NCBI GenBank assembly: GCA_021399345.1
Contig: JAAFKI010000008.1
Span: 1 to 38,352, forward strand
DNA from: Candidatus Heimdallarchaeota archaeon
GTDB lineage: Archaea; Asgardarchaeota; Heimdallarchaeia; Heimdallarchaeales; Heimdallarchaeaceae
DNA length: 38,352 nt
Direction of reading: 5' to 3'
How positions within the stretch are numbered: position 1 is the stretch's first letter; every line of letters begins with the position of its first letter. Both the position numbers and the translations under genes were made by a program. Shown piece after piece: positions 16,041-26,700 of this stretch. Below the pieces are notes generated by a model. It saw only the letters and a program-made list of their open reading frames with translations. It made no database searches and had not been told where the DNA came from.

Positions 16041-16722
16041 GATGAAGAAAGTATCTCTCACTAAAAACAAACGAGGACAGGTCTTCTTGCTCTTGTCTAT
16101 TACAATACTTATTTTTCTCATTATTATATCTGCAACTATATTCCAAATAACACAAAGCCCATACATTAATCCAGCACCAAATCAACAGCAATTGTATAAT
16201 TATTTAGATAATAGTCTCAACGCAATAGATGACTTATCAAATGTTGCTTTGTCTCAGTTGTCATTGGGGGCATCTCGGAATGATGTTCTAACCATAATGG
16301 ATGAAGGACTGGAACTAATCGAAGCTTATCTGGATGATCACAACCTTCCATCTATCTTAACTTATGATGATGTTAATCTAATTATCGCGAATAGTAGCAC
16401 TGCACTTAATCCAGTGTACATTCATTTTGAGGTTGAAGTTTCAATCCACATTAACAGTTTGGATTTATACTATGATAGTGTAATTCATTTTAATACAACT
16501 TATTACATGGAAACATCTGGAATTATTGGCAATTTGAATTATGTTTATCTCTACAAAGAAGCAAATGGGGTTAAAACAATGGTAAATAACGGGATTGTTG
16601 CTATTTCGCCTAGTACATCTGTAACAAATTTGGGTGATGGTAGATATTCAGCTGATCTAGCTTCAGGACATCTGATAACAGCATTGTTACCTCATAACAT
16701 CTGGTTATGGTTAGAAATTTAA
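16033..16722 (+). CDS. Pilin-like protein (class III signal)
   Basis: KNKRG/QVFLLLSITILIFLIIIS. Confidence 0.85.
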   Translation: MFKMKKVSLTKNKRGQVFLLLSITILIFLIIISATIFQITQSPYINPAPNQQQLYNYLDNSLNAIDDLSNVALSQLSLGASRNDVLTIMDEGLELIEAYLDDHNLPSILTYDDVNLIIANSSTALNPVYIHFEVEVSIHINSLDLYYDSVIHFNTTYYMETSGIIGNLNYVYLYKEANGVKTMVNNGIVAISPSTSVTNLGDGRYSADLASGHLITALLPHNIWLWLEI

Positions 16723-16747
16723 GTGGAAGGAGAAGAAAAGCGAAAAC

Positions 16748-17380
16748 CTATTCTACATCTATTTTATGTCCTTCATCTTCCTTTGCGTCTTTCTTTCTCT
16801 TAATGATGACTTCCAAAACTCCGTTCTTGTATTTTGCTTTAGCAGTTGATATACTTACGGGAGCAGGAAGACTTACTGCCTTCTCGTATTTCCTTGATTC
16901 AGAATGAGCTATGATTCTGAGTGTTTCTTCAGTTCCTGTCAGACTTATGTCTCCTTTATTAATTCCTGGAACTTCTGCAATAACTCTTACTAAATCTTTT
17001 TCTTTAAAAACATCTATCAAAGGTTCTCTAGTCTCTGAAGTTTCAAGATCTCCATACGCTTTGGGTTTAAGATTTCCAAATTGATTGAAGTTTGGTTTTC
17101 CATCTTCATCTACTCCAATTTTAAAACCATAAACAAAAGGATTGTTTGACATATTTTCTAACATACTTGGATCCAATCCACCCTCAAAATTATTCATAAG
17201 ATTCTTCAACATTTCATCAATCATTTTCCCAAATGAAGAACCTTTCATGAAGGGAATGAACTCTTCCATGATTTTATTCATATCAAATTCATCGCTTCCA
17301 AAGAAATCAAATGGATTTTTATAATCATCAGGAGTTTTCTTTTTCTTTTTCTTTTTCTTATCGTTATCCTCTGGATTCAT
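16748..17380 (-). CDS. hsp20: Archaeal small heat-shock protein Hsp20
   Basis: PFVYGF...DGKP...FGN, REPLIDV, AEVPG..K.DI, AKYKNGVLEV. Eight-Lys run at the N-terminus. Confidence 0.92.
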   Translation of the reverse strand: MNPEDNDKKKKKKKKTPDDYKNPFDFFGSDEFDMNKIMEEFIPFMKGSSFGKMIDEMLKNLMNNFEGGLDPSMLENMSNNPFVYGFKIGVDEDGKPNFNQFGNLKPKAYGDLETSETREPLIDVFKEKDLVRVIAEVPGINKGDISLTGTEETLRIIAHSESRKYEKAVSLPAPVSISTAKAKYKNGVLEVIIKRKKDAKEDEGHKIDVE

Positions 17381-17479
17381 GATAAACCAACACCTAATCT
17401 TCGAGAAAAAGTAGATATCTTTGTATATAAATACACTTATTTGAAGAAAAATAAAATAAAAAAAGACTATATAGTCTTC

Positions 17480-19015
17480 TTATGCTTTGAGACCCTTTCT
17501 TGCTTTTTCAAGAGTTCTATCTGGGTCAGAATTATATTCTTGGATAACGGAAGCTACATCTTCGAAGTAACGAATTCTCTTTTTGACCATCCATCTTAAG
17601 ATGGTTTTTCTTCTATCGAGTTCGTCAAGGATTTCTTGTTCAGTTAATCCGGTATTTTCCATGATTTTTTCTAATACATAACTTCTTCCGAAGTAAATGA
17701 ATGTATCATCCTTTGGATTCCATTGATAGAGTTTGTTTGTTAGAATTTCTTCAGTAACTGGATCTAAACCTATCAATTCAGTAACTGATTGAGTACGACG
17801 TGCGAATTTGGATTGTATTCTTACTTTTCTTATAACATGAATTAAATCTAATGATTTCATCATTGATCTTGGAATATTCATTGGTTTGCTTTCTAATCTG
17901 TGAATTACTCCTTCCACAGAATCACCATGGATAGTACCTAAACCTCTATGACCTGTACTCATCGCTTGAAACATTGCGTAGGCTTCATCTCCTCTGATTT
18001 CACCCACAATAATATAGTCTGGTCTTTGTCTCATTGCTGCACGAACTAATTCAAACATCGAGATTTGTCCTCTTCTGTATCCCGTTTCGGTTGTTTCTCC
18101 AAAACCAGAACGAACAACGCTTGGAATCCAGTTTTCATGGGCTAAATTCAATTCTGCTGTATCTTCAATTGTAACTACCTTCAAATCAGGTTTAATCATC
18201 ATAGCAATAGTATTCAACAAAGTGGTTTTTCCTGCTGCAGTACCACCAGCAATCATTGTACTAATATTATGTTCCATTGTAAACCAATAATAAGCTGCAA
18301 TATCTTGATCTATTGTGTTGTAAAGAATTAAGTCTGTAATTGTGAAAGGATCTGCTTTGAATTTTCTTGCAGTAAATGTAGATCCTCGTTGAGTTACCTC
18401 TTTTCCATAGGTTAGTTGTATTCTGCTTCCATCAGGTAAAGATGCATCTAACAGGGGATTTGCAATGCTTATATGTCTGTTTGCACGTTGAGCTAGTTTT
18501 ATGATAAAACTATCTAACTCTTCATCTGTATCAAATGAGATGTTGGTTGCAATAGATTCATATTTTCTGTGCCAAACATAAATTGGGATACCAGTTCCAT
18601 CACAAGAAATATCTTCTATGTTAGGATCAAGCATAAATGGTTGAATCATCCCATATCCAATTAAATCTCGTGTAAGGTAATACATTATCTTCTCAAATTG
18701 TGATTCATTCAACGAAACACGATAACGTTTAATGATATCAACTATTTTCTTCTTCAGAAATTCTTCAGCCTTTTCAGTTGATTTTAATACAGTAAAATCA
18801 ACGTCCAATTCATCTACCATAATAGAGAATATTTTGTTATAAATAGCAGTTTCCTTACTATCAAGAGGGATTTCTACTATCATATATTGTGTTCTCTTGG
18901 TTGTAGGATCAGTTTGAATTAAAACATATGAAAATGGAGGGCTTACTGGATATGTCTCTTCAAGAATCGGAACTGCTGCTGTATCAACAAAGGCTTCACC
19001 AGTATCATCTTGCAT
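17480..19015 (-). CDS. Type II/IV secretion (pilus assembly) ATPase, FlaI/TadA family
   Basis: DPNIEDISCDG, Walker A GGTAAGKTT, TIEDTAEL, RQRPDYIIVGEIRG, His box TGH...TIHG. Confidence 0.94.
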   Translation of the reverse strand: MQDDTGEAFVDTAAVPILEETYPVSPPFSYVLIQTDPTTKRTQYMIVEIPLDSKETAIYNKIFSIMVDELDVDFTVLKSTEKAEEFLKKKIVDIIKRYRVSLNESQFEKIMYYLTRDLIGYGMIQPFMLDPNIEDISCDGTGIPIYVWHRKYESIATNISFDTDEELDSFIIKLAQRANRHISIANPLLDASLPDGSRIQLTYGKEVTQRGSTFTARKFKADPFTITDLILYNTIDQDIAAYYWFTMEHNISTMIAGGTAAGKTTLLNTIAMMIKPDLKVVTIEDTAELNLAHENWIPSVVRSGFGETTETGYRRGQISMFELVRAAMRQRPDYIIVGEIRGDEAYAMFQAMSTGHRGLGTIHGDSVEGVIHRLESKPMNIPRSMMKSLDLIHVIRKVRIQSKFARRTQSVTELIGLDPVTEEILTNKLYQWNPKDDTFIYFGRSYVLEKIMENTGLTEQEILDELDRRKTILRWMVKKRIRYFEDVASVIQEYNSDPDRTLEKARKGLKA

Positions 19016-19091
19016 GAATTAATTATATGTACTACTCTTTTTAAAGTTATTTTTCATATTAGGTGAAAAATATAGGAAATAGCAAGAAAAA

Positions 19092-19556
19092 CTAATCAAC
19101 TAGAGATATGTTGATATCTGCTCCATCATACACGTAGATAATTGTCGGTGATGAATTCAAGCTTGATATTGTTCCAGATATGGTTAAAACACTAGGATCA
19201 ATAAACAATGATACAGTAACAAAAATATCCTCATTTTTTATTACAGTTGCTTTAAGTGAGTAAGTGTTCTCTGAAGATACGACCTCTATTTCATAAGCTT
19301 CATTTTGGATTTCTTGAGGCAGCGTTAACGGCCGTTGCATGTTAATAGAAATGGCTCCTAGGTTAATCTGGTTCTGACCTTCGTTTAATAGATTGTGAAT
19401 CGTTTCTGCCATATTTTGCAATATGTTTTCCATATTCGTTTTAAGAGCTGTTTCTTCCATTGTATTATTTATAGCAATCATTGTAACTGCTATACCTGCT
19501 ATTGCAAGTGTTCCAACAAGAAGAATAGATAGGTACATGATATATTCGCTTGGCAT
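19092..19556 (-). CDS. Pilin-like protein lacking a basic leader peptide
   Basis: MPSEYIMYLSILLVGTLAIAGIAVTM followed by a long helix and LP..I....Y.I. SD AGGAGA upstream. Confidence 0.65.
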   Translation of the reverse strand: MPSEYIMYLSILLVGTLAIAGIAVTMIAINNTMEETALKTNMENILQNMAETIHNLLNEGQNQINLGAISINMQRPLTLPQEIQNEAYEIEVVSSENTYSLKATVIKNEDIFVTVSLFIDPSVLTISGTISSLNSSPTIIYVYDGADINISLVD

Positions 19557-19566
19557 GAAACTCTCC

Positions 19567-20427
19567 TTAACTTAATGATACATTTATTATTATATTAATT
19601 AGGTTTGCGACAATCTTATGCGCTGAATAACTTGGATTTGCTGGGAAATATATAGGATACTCATTTAGTTGATATCTATATTGGTTTATCAAGGTTATTT
19701 CACCTTGCATGTCATTATTATATTCAATCTCCCCTAGATGTTGTGTTTCTGTTCCTGCATAGGTTAGCTGAATATTGACATATTTCTGAGTTTCGCTAAA
19801 TAATGAGATAGAATCATCTTCAACAAACTTCACATTGATAATGTCCATATAATAGATTTCCTCAATTCCTGAAACCACATATTCGGTAGAAAGTGTATAT
19901 CTATAGTAAAGTGCTAATTCTAGAAATGAAGGATCATATATTGCTCTTGAGGTGTTTACAACTGCTATATCGTTGTAGACTGTACTACTCCCATTAAGAA
20001 ACAGATAGTCTTGATTTTGAGGACCAACTATATATCTATGCTCTCCTTCATTGTAGTCTCCTACAGCTGTACTACGGTGAATAATTCTCGTTACATTATC
20101 TTGTAAAACCAAACTATTTTGAGCTCCTAAAATATCTTTCAGAATGAATGTAAAAGCCCAATCTTCAACTAAATGTATAGTTCCTTCTTCTTGTACATAT
20201 AGGAAGTCTGAACTTGCAGGAGGAAGATTTTGAATTAGATCTTGTATAGTGGCATCTAGAGCTATGAAATACAGGTTACTGCTATTATTGTAGCTTTTAT
20301 CTTTGAACTGGCTAATGCTGGGCATCATGTAGACAAGAGAAATCCCTATTGCAGCAGTTATTAGAGCAAACATCAATACAACTGATATTATTGGAGATAA
20401 TGCTCTTCGATTCATTCTGAATTTCAT
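19567..20427 (-). CDS. Archaeal pilin-like protein (PibD/FlaK-type class III signal)
   Basis: MKFRMNRRA/LSPIISVVLMFALITAAIGISLVY. Confidence 0.87.
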   Translation of the reverse strand: MKFRMNRRALSPIISVVLMFALITAAIGISLVYMMPSISQFKDKSYNNSSNLYFIALDATIQDLIQNLPPASSDFLYVQEEGTIHLVEDWAFTFILKDILGAQNSLVLQDNVTRIIHRSTAVGDYNEGEHRYIVGPQNQDYLFLNGSSTVYNDIAVVNTSRAIYDPSFLELALYYRYTLSTEYVVSGIEEIYYMDIINVKFVEDDSISLFSETQKYVNIQLTYAGTETQHLGEIEYNNDMQGEITLINQYRYQLNEYPIYFPANPSYSAHKIVANLINIIINVSLS

Positions 20428-20725
20428 TGTATGGGACTAATATAACTTGCATAAATTAAAGTTTATCGGAATTCCCCATCATAGTTATACAAATGTTTTG
20501 TGTAAGGCACGATTTTTGTCCATAGTATTTTTAATTGATTTAAAACCAATCTCGTTTCTGTAATTTTCGCGTATTATTTTTGTCGGATTTATACGCTACT
20601 TAGAGAGGTTGAACTCTTGAATAGATGAATGTTGTAAAGGCTTAAATATCATTTCGAATCCTTTATTATACTTACTTGTAGTTCCGATTTTGTAAAATCA
20701 TGCAACAAGTCAAAAAACTCGTCGG

Positions 20726-20737
20726 GGTTTATAAACC
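20726..20737 (+). promoter_or_regulatory. TATA box of nrdJ embedded in a perfect 12-bp palindrome GGTTTATAAACC
   Basis: TTTATAAA lies about 34-41 nt upstream of the GTG start. SD-like AAGGGGT follows. Confidence 0.55.
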
Positions 20738-20768
20738 AAAGTAAAAATACACTAAGAAAGGGGTTATT

Positions 20769-23700
20769 GTGACAGAAGTAATATTATCAAAAAACGCTCA
20801 AATTGTTCTTGAAAAAAGATATCTTCTTAGAGATGAGAATAACAAGGTAATAGAGACACCTGAAGAGATGTTCAATCGTGTTGCAAGTTCTATTTCTAGC
20901 TCGGAAGAGGAAAGGTTAGAATTTTTAGAATTGATGACATCACTAAGGTTTTTGCCAAATTCACCAACACTTATGAATGCAGGAACAGCTCTAGGTCAAC
21001 TCAGTGCTTGTTTTGTCCTACCGATAGAAGATGATATGTCTTCAATCTTTGATGCTGTAAAACATAGTGCTCTAATACATCAATGCTTAACTAAAGATTC
21101 TCTTGTCATGACAAGTGATGGTCTAGTAGAAATCAAAAATGTAAAATCCAATTCTCTCGTTGAAACTGATGAAGGAGTTTTTTCCGTATCTAAAGTTTAT
21201 TACAATGGTAAAAAACCAGTCTATAAAGTAGAAACTGCACACGGTTACTCAATCACTGGAACAAAACTGCATAAACTCTTAGTAATGAATAAGGATGGAA
21301 AACACTGCTGGAAGGAAGTAGGTAGTCTAAAGAAAGGAGATTGGTTGATTATAAAACCAAGTAATTGGCTGGGTTCGAAAATTAAATTACCAATGTTCGA
21401 ATATGTTCCCAAAACAGGTAGAAACCAAACAAGTTTCAAACCAATTTTGTACGATCTACCAGATATACTAACCCCTGAGTTATCCGAGTTAATTGGATTA
21501 TATATTGCAGATGGAAGCAATCATCGGGATGGAATACGTTTTACTGTTGGAAAACACGAAGAGGAAGTAGTAGACCGAATAAACAACCTTTCTATGATAT
21601 TGTTTGGAAAAATGCCTTCCTCTGTTGAATTTGAATCCGTATTTGAGGTTGGAATTTTAAGTGTCCAAATAAAAGAATGGTTAAACTTCTTAGGTTTTCT
21701 CAAAAAAAAGTCATCTGAAGCAGAAATTCCTAAGTTAATTCTTGAATCAAGTGAAGAAAACATTAGGGCATTTCTCAAAGGCCTTTTCAATGCAGATGGT
21801 TGCATTAGAAAATCTGGACACATCACTTATACATCTAGTTCACATAAGCTAATTTCTGATTTACAAATAGTATTACTTCATCTTGGTATACCAACTAGAA
21901 AATATAGGAATAAAACAACTGGAGTTTATCAGATTTCCATATGTACAAAGTCTGGTTTCATCAATTATAAGAATAAAATAGGTTTCATCTCTAAGAAGAA
22001 GAAATACAGATTGAAAGACATTAAGTCTGAAGATATATTCAAAAGAGGTCAAATGATCCCATATCAAAATCAAAGGATAAGAGATTGGTACAAAACAATT
22101 CCAAAAGGAGAGAAAATAAAGGTTCTCAAGGAGTATGGTGGTCTAGTATATCGCTCGGAAATTAGAGAGTTAAGCTATCAGAAACTAAAGATGCTGACAA
22201 AACTAGAAATGAAACCTGATTTCTTCGATGAGTTGTTACTCTCTGAAGATATTCTTTATACTCAAGTACGAGAAATTAAATCAGTTGGAATAATGGAAGT
22301 TTTTGACCTTACTGTTCCTGAGAAACACGCTTACATTGCAAACGGCTTTATTTCTCATAATAGTGGTGGAGGAACAGGTTTCAGTTTTTCTAAGCTTAGG
22401 CCAAAAAATGATGTAGTAAAAACTACTGGGGGAATAGCAAGTGGTCCTCTTTCTTTTATGGAGGTTTTTAATGCCGCTACAAACACTGTGAAGCAAGGAG
22501 GACGCCGTCGTGGGGCGAACATGGGTATTTTACGTGTTGATCATCCTGATATCATGGAGTTCATTACTTGTAAAGAAGATCAAAATCGTTTAACCAACTT
22601 CAATCTCTCTGTAGCAATTACTGAACATTTCATGAAAGCTGTTGAGAAAAATGAAGATTATGATTTAATTAATCCACGAATCAACAAAGTATCTGGTAAA
22701 ATGAATGCTAAAGAGGTTTTCAACAAAATTGTTGAAATGGCTTGGAAAAATGGAGAACCTGGAATTGTTTTTATTGATAGAATTAATCAAGATAACCCCA
22801 CACCAGAATTAGGTGAGATAGAGAGCACTAATCCATGTGTAACTGGAGATACTCTTGTTTATACAGCTGATGGAAGAGGTTCTGTATCTATAAAACAACT
22901 AGCTGATGAAGGACAAGACGTACCTGTTTTTTCTGAAAATTTTGAAGGAAAAATAGCAATTAGATATATGAGAAATCCACGAAAAACTGGAACAAAACAA
23001 CCCATCTATCGAATTAGCTTGGATACAGGAGATGAAATTAAAGCAACTGCTAATCACAGGTTCTACTTAAGAGATGGGTCAATGAAAAGGGTTGATGAGT
23101 TAAAACCCAATGATAGTCTTCATATTTTAACTAAAAGACTACAACCACAGAAAGGAATATACACAGTTACTGAATTTAATAGATATTGGCGAATGTATAA
23201 TAGGGGTAAAAGTGACAAATCTGAGCACACACATATTGCTAGTTTCTTCCATAATAACGATAAGTCTATACCTGAGGAATTTGTAGTTCATCATAAAGAT
23301 TTCAACTCTGAAAACAATGAACCAGAAAATCTAGAAATAATGACAATAGATGCACACTATTTGCTTCATGGTGAGAGCATTAAAGGAAATAATAACCCTA
23401 TTTACAAAATCAAAAAAGATAACAAGAAATGGGAATTATATAAAAAGAAAAACCCGTTCTACCAAACCAAAGGAGAAAATAATCCGCGTTTTGGAGTAGT
23501 ATTATCCGATGGTGTAAAAAAGAAAATTGGGGTAAGTATTAGGAACCGTCATGCCATTGATCCAAATTACAAAAAAATACTATCAAATATATCAATAAAA
23601 CTCTGGCAGAACAAAAGATACAGAAAGAAAACTGAACTAGGTTATAGAAGAAGAGCGAAAAGAAAACTAGAATATTGTAAAAAACAAACAGATCTGGAAT

Positions 23701-26700
23701 GTTACCTTGACAAGAATTCAGTAAGAGTTAGAAAAGTATGTGAACACTGTGGTTCAGCTTTTGATTTAAGCTATTCTAGAAGAGAAATAAGCTACTGTAG
23801 CCAAAAATGCTCAATTGAAGTTTTCAATACTGATGAAAAAATAAAGCACAATAGAATAAAGAGTATAAATTATGCTTATAAGAAAAAAACTGAAAATAAC
23901 AAAGAACTTCAAATTAAGATATTCAAAGAATTAAAATCTGAATTTAAACGTATTCCTTTCAAGAAAGAGTGGGTAAGCAAATGTAAAGATGAAGAAATTC
24001 CGTATAGATTGGGTACAAAATACGGATTTCAAACTTACTATGAACTCAAAGAAGCTGCAGTTATGTATAATCATCGCATTGTAGATGTCAAGTATATAGG
24101 TAAGGAAGATGTTTATAATGGAACAGTAGATGATTTTCACAGCTATTTCATTGGAGGATTTACATCAAGATCTGACAAAAGCAAGAAAATAACCTATCTC
24201 AAGACGAGAAATTGCGGTGAATTACCTATGCTAGCTTGGGAGAGTTGTAATCTCGGTTCTGTTAACCTTTTGCAGCACGTAAAAAAAGGTAAAATCGATT
24301 GGGACTTGCTGGAAGAATCCGTACGAACAGCTGTTCGTTTTCTAGATAATGTAATAGAAAAAAATCAGTATATACTTCCAGAAATCGAACAGATAACTAA
24401 AGCTAATCGAAAAATAGGTCTTGGAATTATGGGTTTTGCTGATTTACTTGTAAAACTAGAAATTCGTTATGATTCAGAAGAGGGGTTAGCTAAAGCAAAT
24501 GAAGTGATGGCTTTTGTGCAAAAAACTGCACGGGATGAATCTCGAGTATTAGGTGAAAAGAAAGGTAATTTTCCCAATTTCAATAAAAGTATATACAGAG
24601 ATCAAACTGAAAACCTTCGAAATGCTACTGTTACTTCAATAGCACCTACAGGAACTATCTCTTTAATTGCTGGCTGTTCAAGCGGTATCGAACCTTATTA
24701 TGCTATAGCTTTTACTCGAAATGTACTAGATGGAAAGAAGCTTTTTGATGTCAATCCACTTTTTGAACAAAATCTAAAGGATTTGAAAATCCATTCAGAA
24801 GAACTACTAGAAAAAGTGTCTTCCTCTAACACTATTCAAGGTTTGGAAGATATTCCTGAGGATTTAAGAAATATATTTGTTACTTCTCACGATATAACTC
24901 CTGAATGGCATATTAGAATGCAAGCTGCTTTTCAGAGGTATAATGACAACGCTACATCAAAATGTATTCACGAGAATTCATTGATGATGACTAATCAAGG
25001 AATACTAAAAATTAAGGAGTGTGGATATGCTAATTGTGATGACAGTTTTGCTAAACCTCTTGAGAACTTAGAAGTTCTAAATGGTGAAGGAGGGAATCTA
25101 AATAAAGTTACATCTCATTATAGTGCTGGTCATAAAGAAGCTACAAGAATACGTTTAAGAAACGGTTCTGTGTTGATCGGAGCTACAGATAGTCATCATG
25201 TTTTAACACCTGAAGGATGGAAATTATTAAAAAAATTGAAAAAGAATGATTTGGTATGTGTAAGACACAATTTTCCTGCTATCCATACTCAAGGTAGGAA
25301 AGAAATAGTATTTGAGTATGAGTTCAAAACAAGCTCAAACAAAATACCAATACCCACTCAGATTAGTGATGATCTTGCTTTATGGTTAGGAATGCTTGTT
25401 GCAGATGGGAGTTTAACAGAGGTTACAGGTTCTGTGACTTTGCATGAAAAAAATGATAAAATTGGTAAGATTTTTGATGATGTTTCAATAAGACTTTTTG
25501 GTGTTAAACCAAAAACAGTAAAGGATAAACGAACTTCAGTGAAATCTCACATTATCACTTCAAGAACATTAGTTCGATTTACAAAGGAGCTTATAGGAGA
25601 TAATGCTTATAACAAACATATTCCAAAGCAGATTTTGCTAGGCAATGAATCAGAAAAAATCGCTTTTGTAAGAGGTGTTACTTTAGATGGTTTTAATTAT
25701 AAACAAGGGGGGTTAATTGTTTATAATGGGATGTCAGAGGTTCTTTCGTATGAATTAGCTGAACTATTACGAAGTTTTGGTGTTCCCTTAGTTTTTCAAG
25801 GAATGAAAAATGTGAAAGGGCATGGGATGAGTTATTATGTAGAAATCAGCAACCAGTTGTTAGAAATAATTAAACCTCTAGAACATCACAAGATATCTGA
25901 CAGCTATTTCAAGAAATATTTTGTTCAAATTGATTCTAAGGAGGTTTCAAGTCTTAAATTGCCTTCAAACCATTCAAACTATTCAAATCTTAGATGGTTA
26001 AAGCAATCTAAAAGAAATTACTGTTGGAATACAGTTGCTGAAGAACTTGGCCTTACAATTATCACCCCTGTAGAAAAAGTTGAATCAAACGAAGAGCTTG
26101 ATCCTCAAAAAATGTATGATATAGAAGTTGAAGAAAAACATACTTACTTAGTTAGTGGAATCGTTTCGCACAATACAATTAATTTCTCCTCAACTGCTAC
26201 AAAGGAGGATATCGCCAATGCGTATATGTTAGCATACAAACAAGGGTGCAAAGGTATAACTGTTTATCGCGATGGTTCAAGAAAATATCAGGTACTTTCA
26301 ACAAAAAAACCAGAAAAGCAAGATTCAAAGAAACTAACTATTATTTCTGAGAAAGTCGAACCAAGACCTAGACCTGAGGTAACAGTTGGACGAACCCATA
26401 AGATTCGTTCAGGTTGCGGTAATCTTTATGTCACTGTTAATAGTGATGAAACGGGGGTTTGTGAAGTTTTTGTTCAGGTAGGTAAGAGTGGAGGTTGTAT
26501 TGCTAGCCAAAGTGAGGCTGTTGGACGATTAATCTCTCTTGCATTGAGATCAGGTGTAAAATTGGAATCGATAGCCGACCATTTAGCAGGAATAAGATGT
26601 CCAAGTCCAAATTTCTATCAAGGACAAACTGTTTTATCATGTCCAGATGGAATAGCTCATGTTCTGGAGAAATATCTAGATGGTGAAACCATCGTCCGTT

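Noticed and set aside
17337-17359. Poly-Lys tract in Hsp20 as a slippage or phase-variation site
   Set aside because: Mixed AAG/AAA codons with no long homopolymer, and the frame is intact.
12153-20427. Archaellum operon
   Set aside because: No archaellin, FlaH or FlaF/G-like genes recognised. Two separate TadC-like genes fit a pilus better.
20633-20648. Partial match of the putative TnpB guide (TGTAAAGG) in the pilin-nrdJ intergenic region
   Set aside because: Only 8 contiguous nt, not including the guide's first bases. Expected by chance in AT-rich promoter-like DNA.
20428-20768. Cobalamin riboswitch upstream of the B12-dependent RNR
   Set aside because: No B12-box-like sequence recognised. 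The region is AT-rich and the TATA is close to the start. An Rfam scan would settle it.
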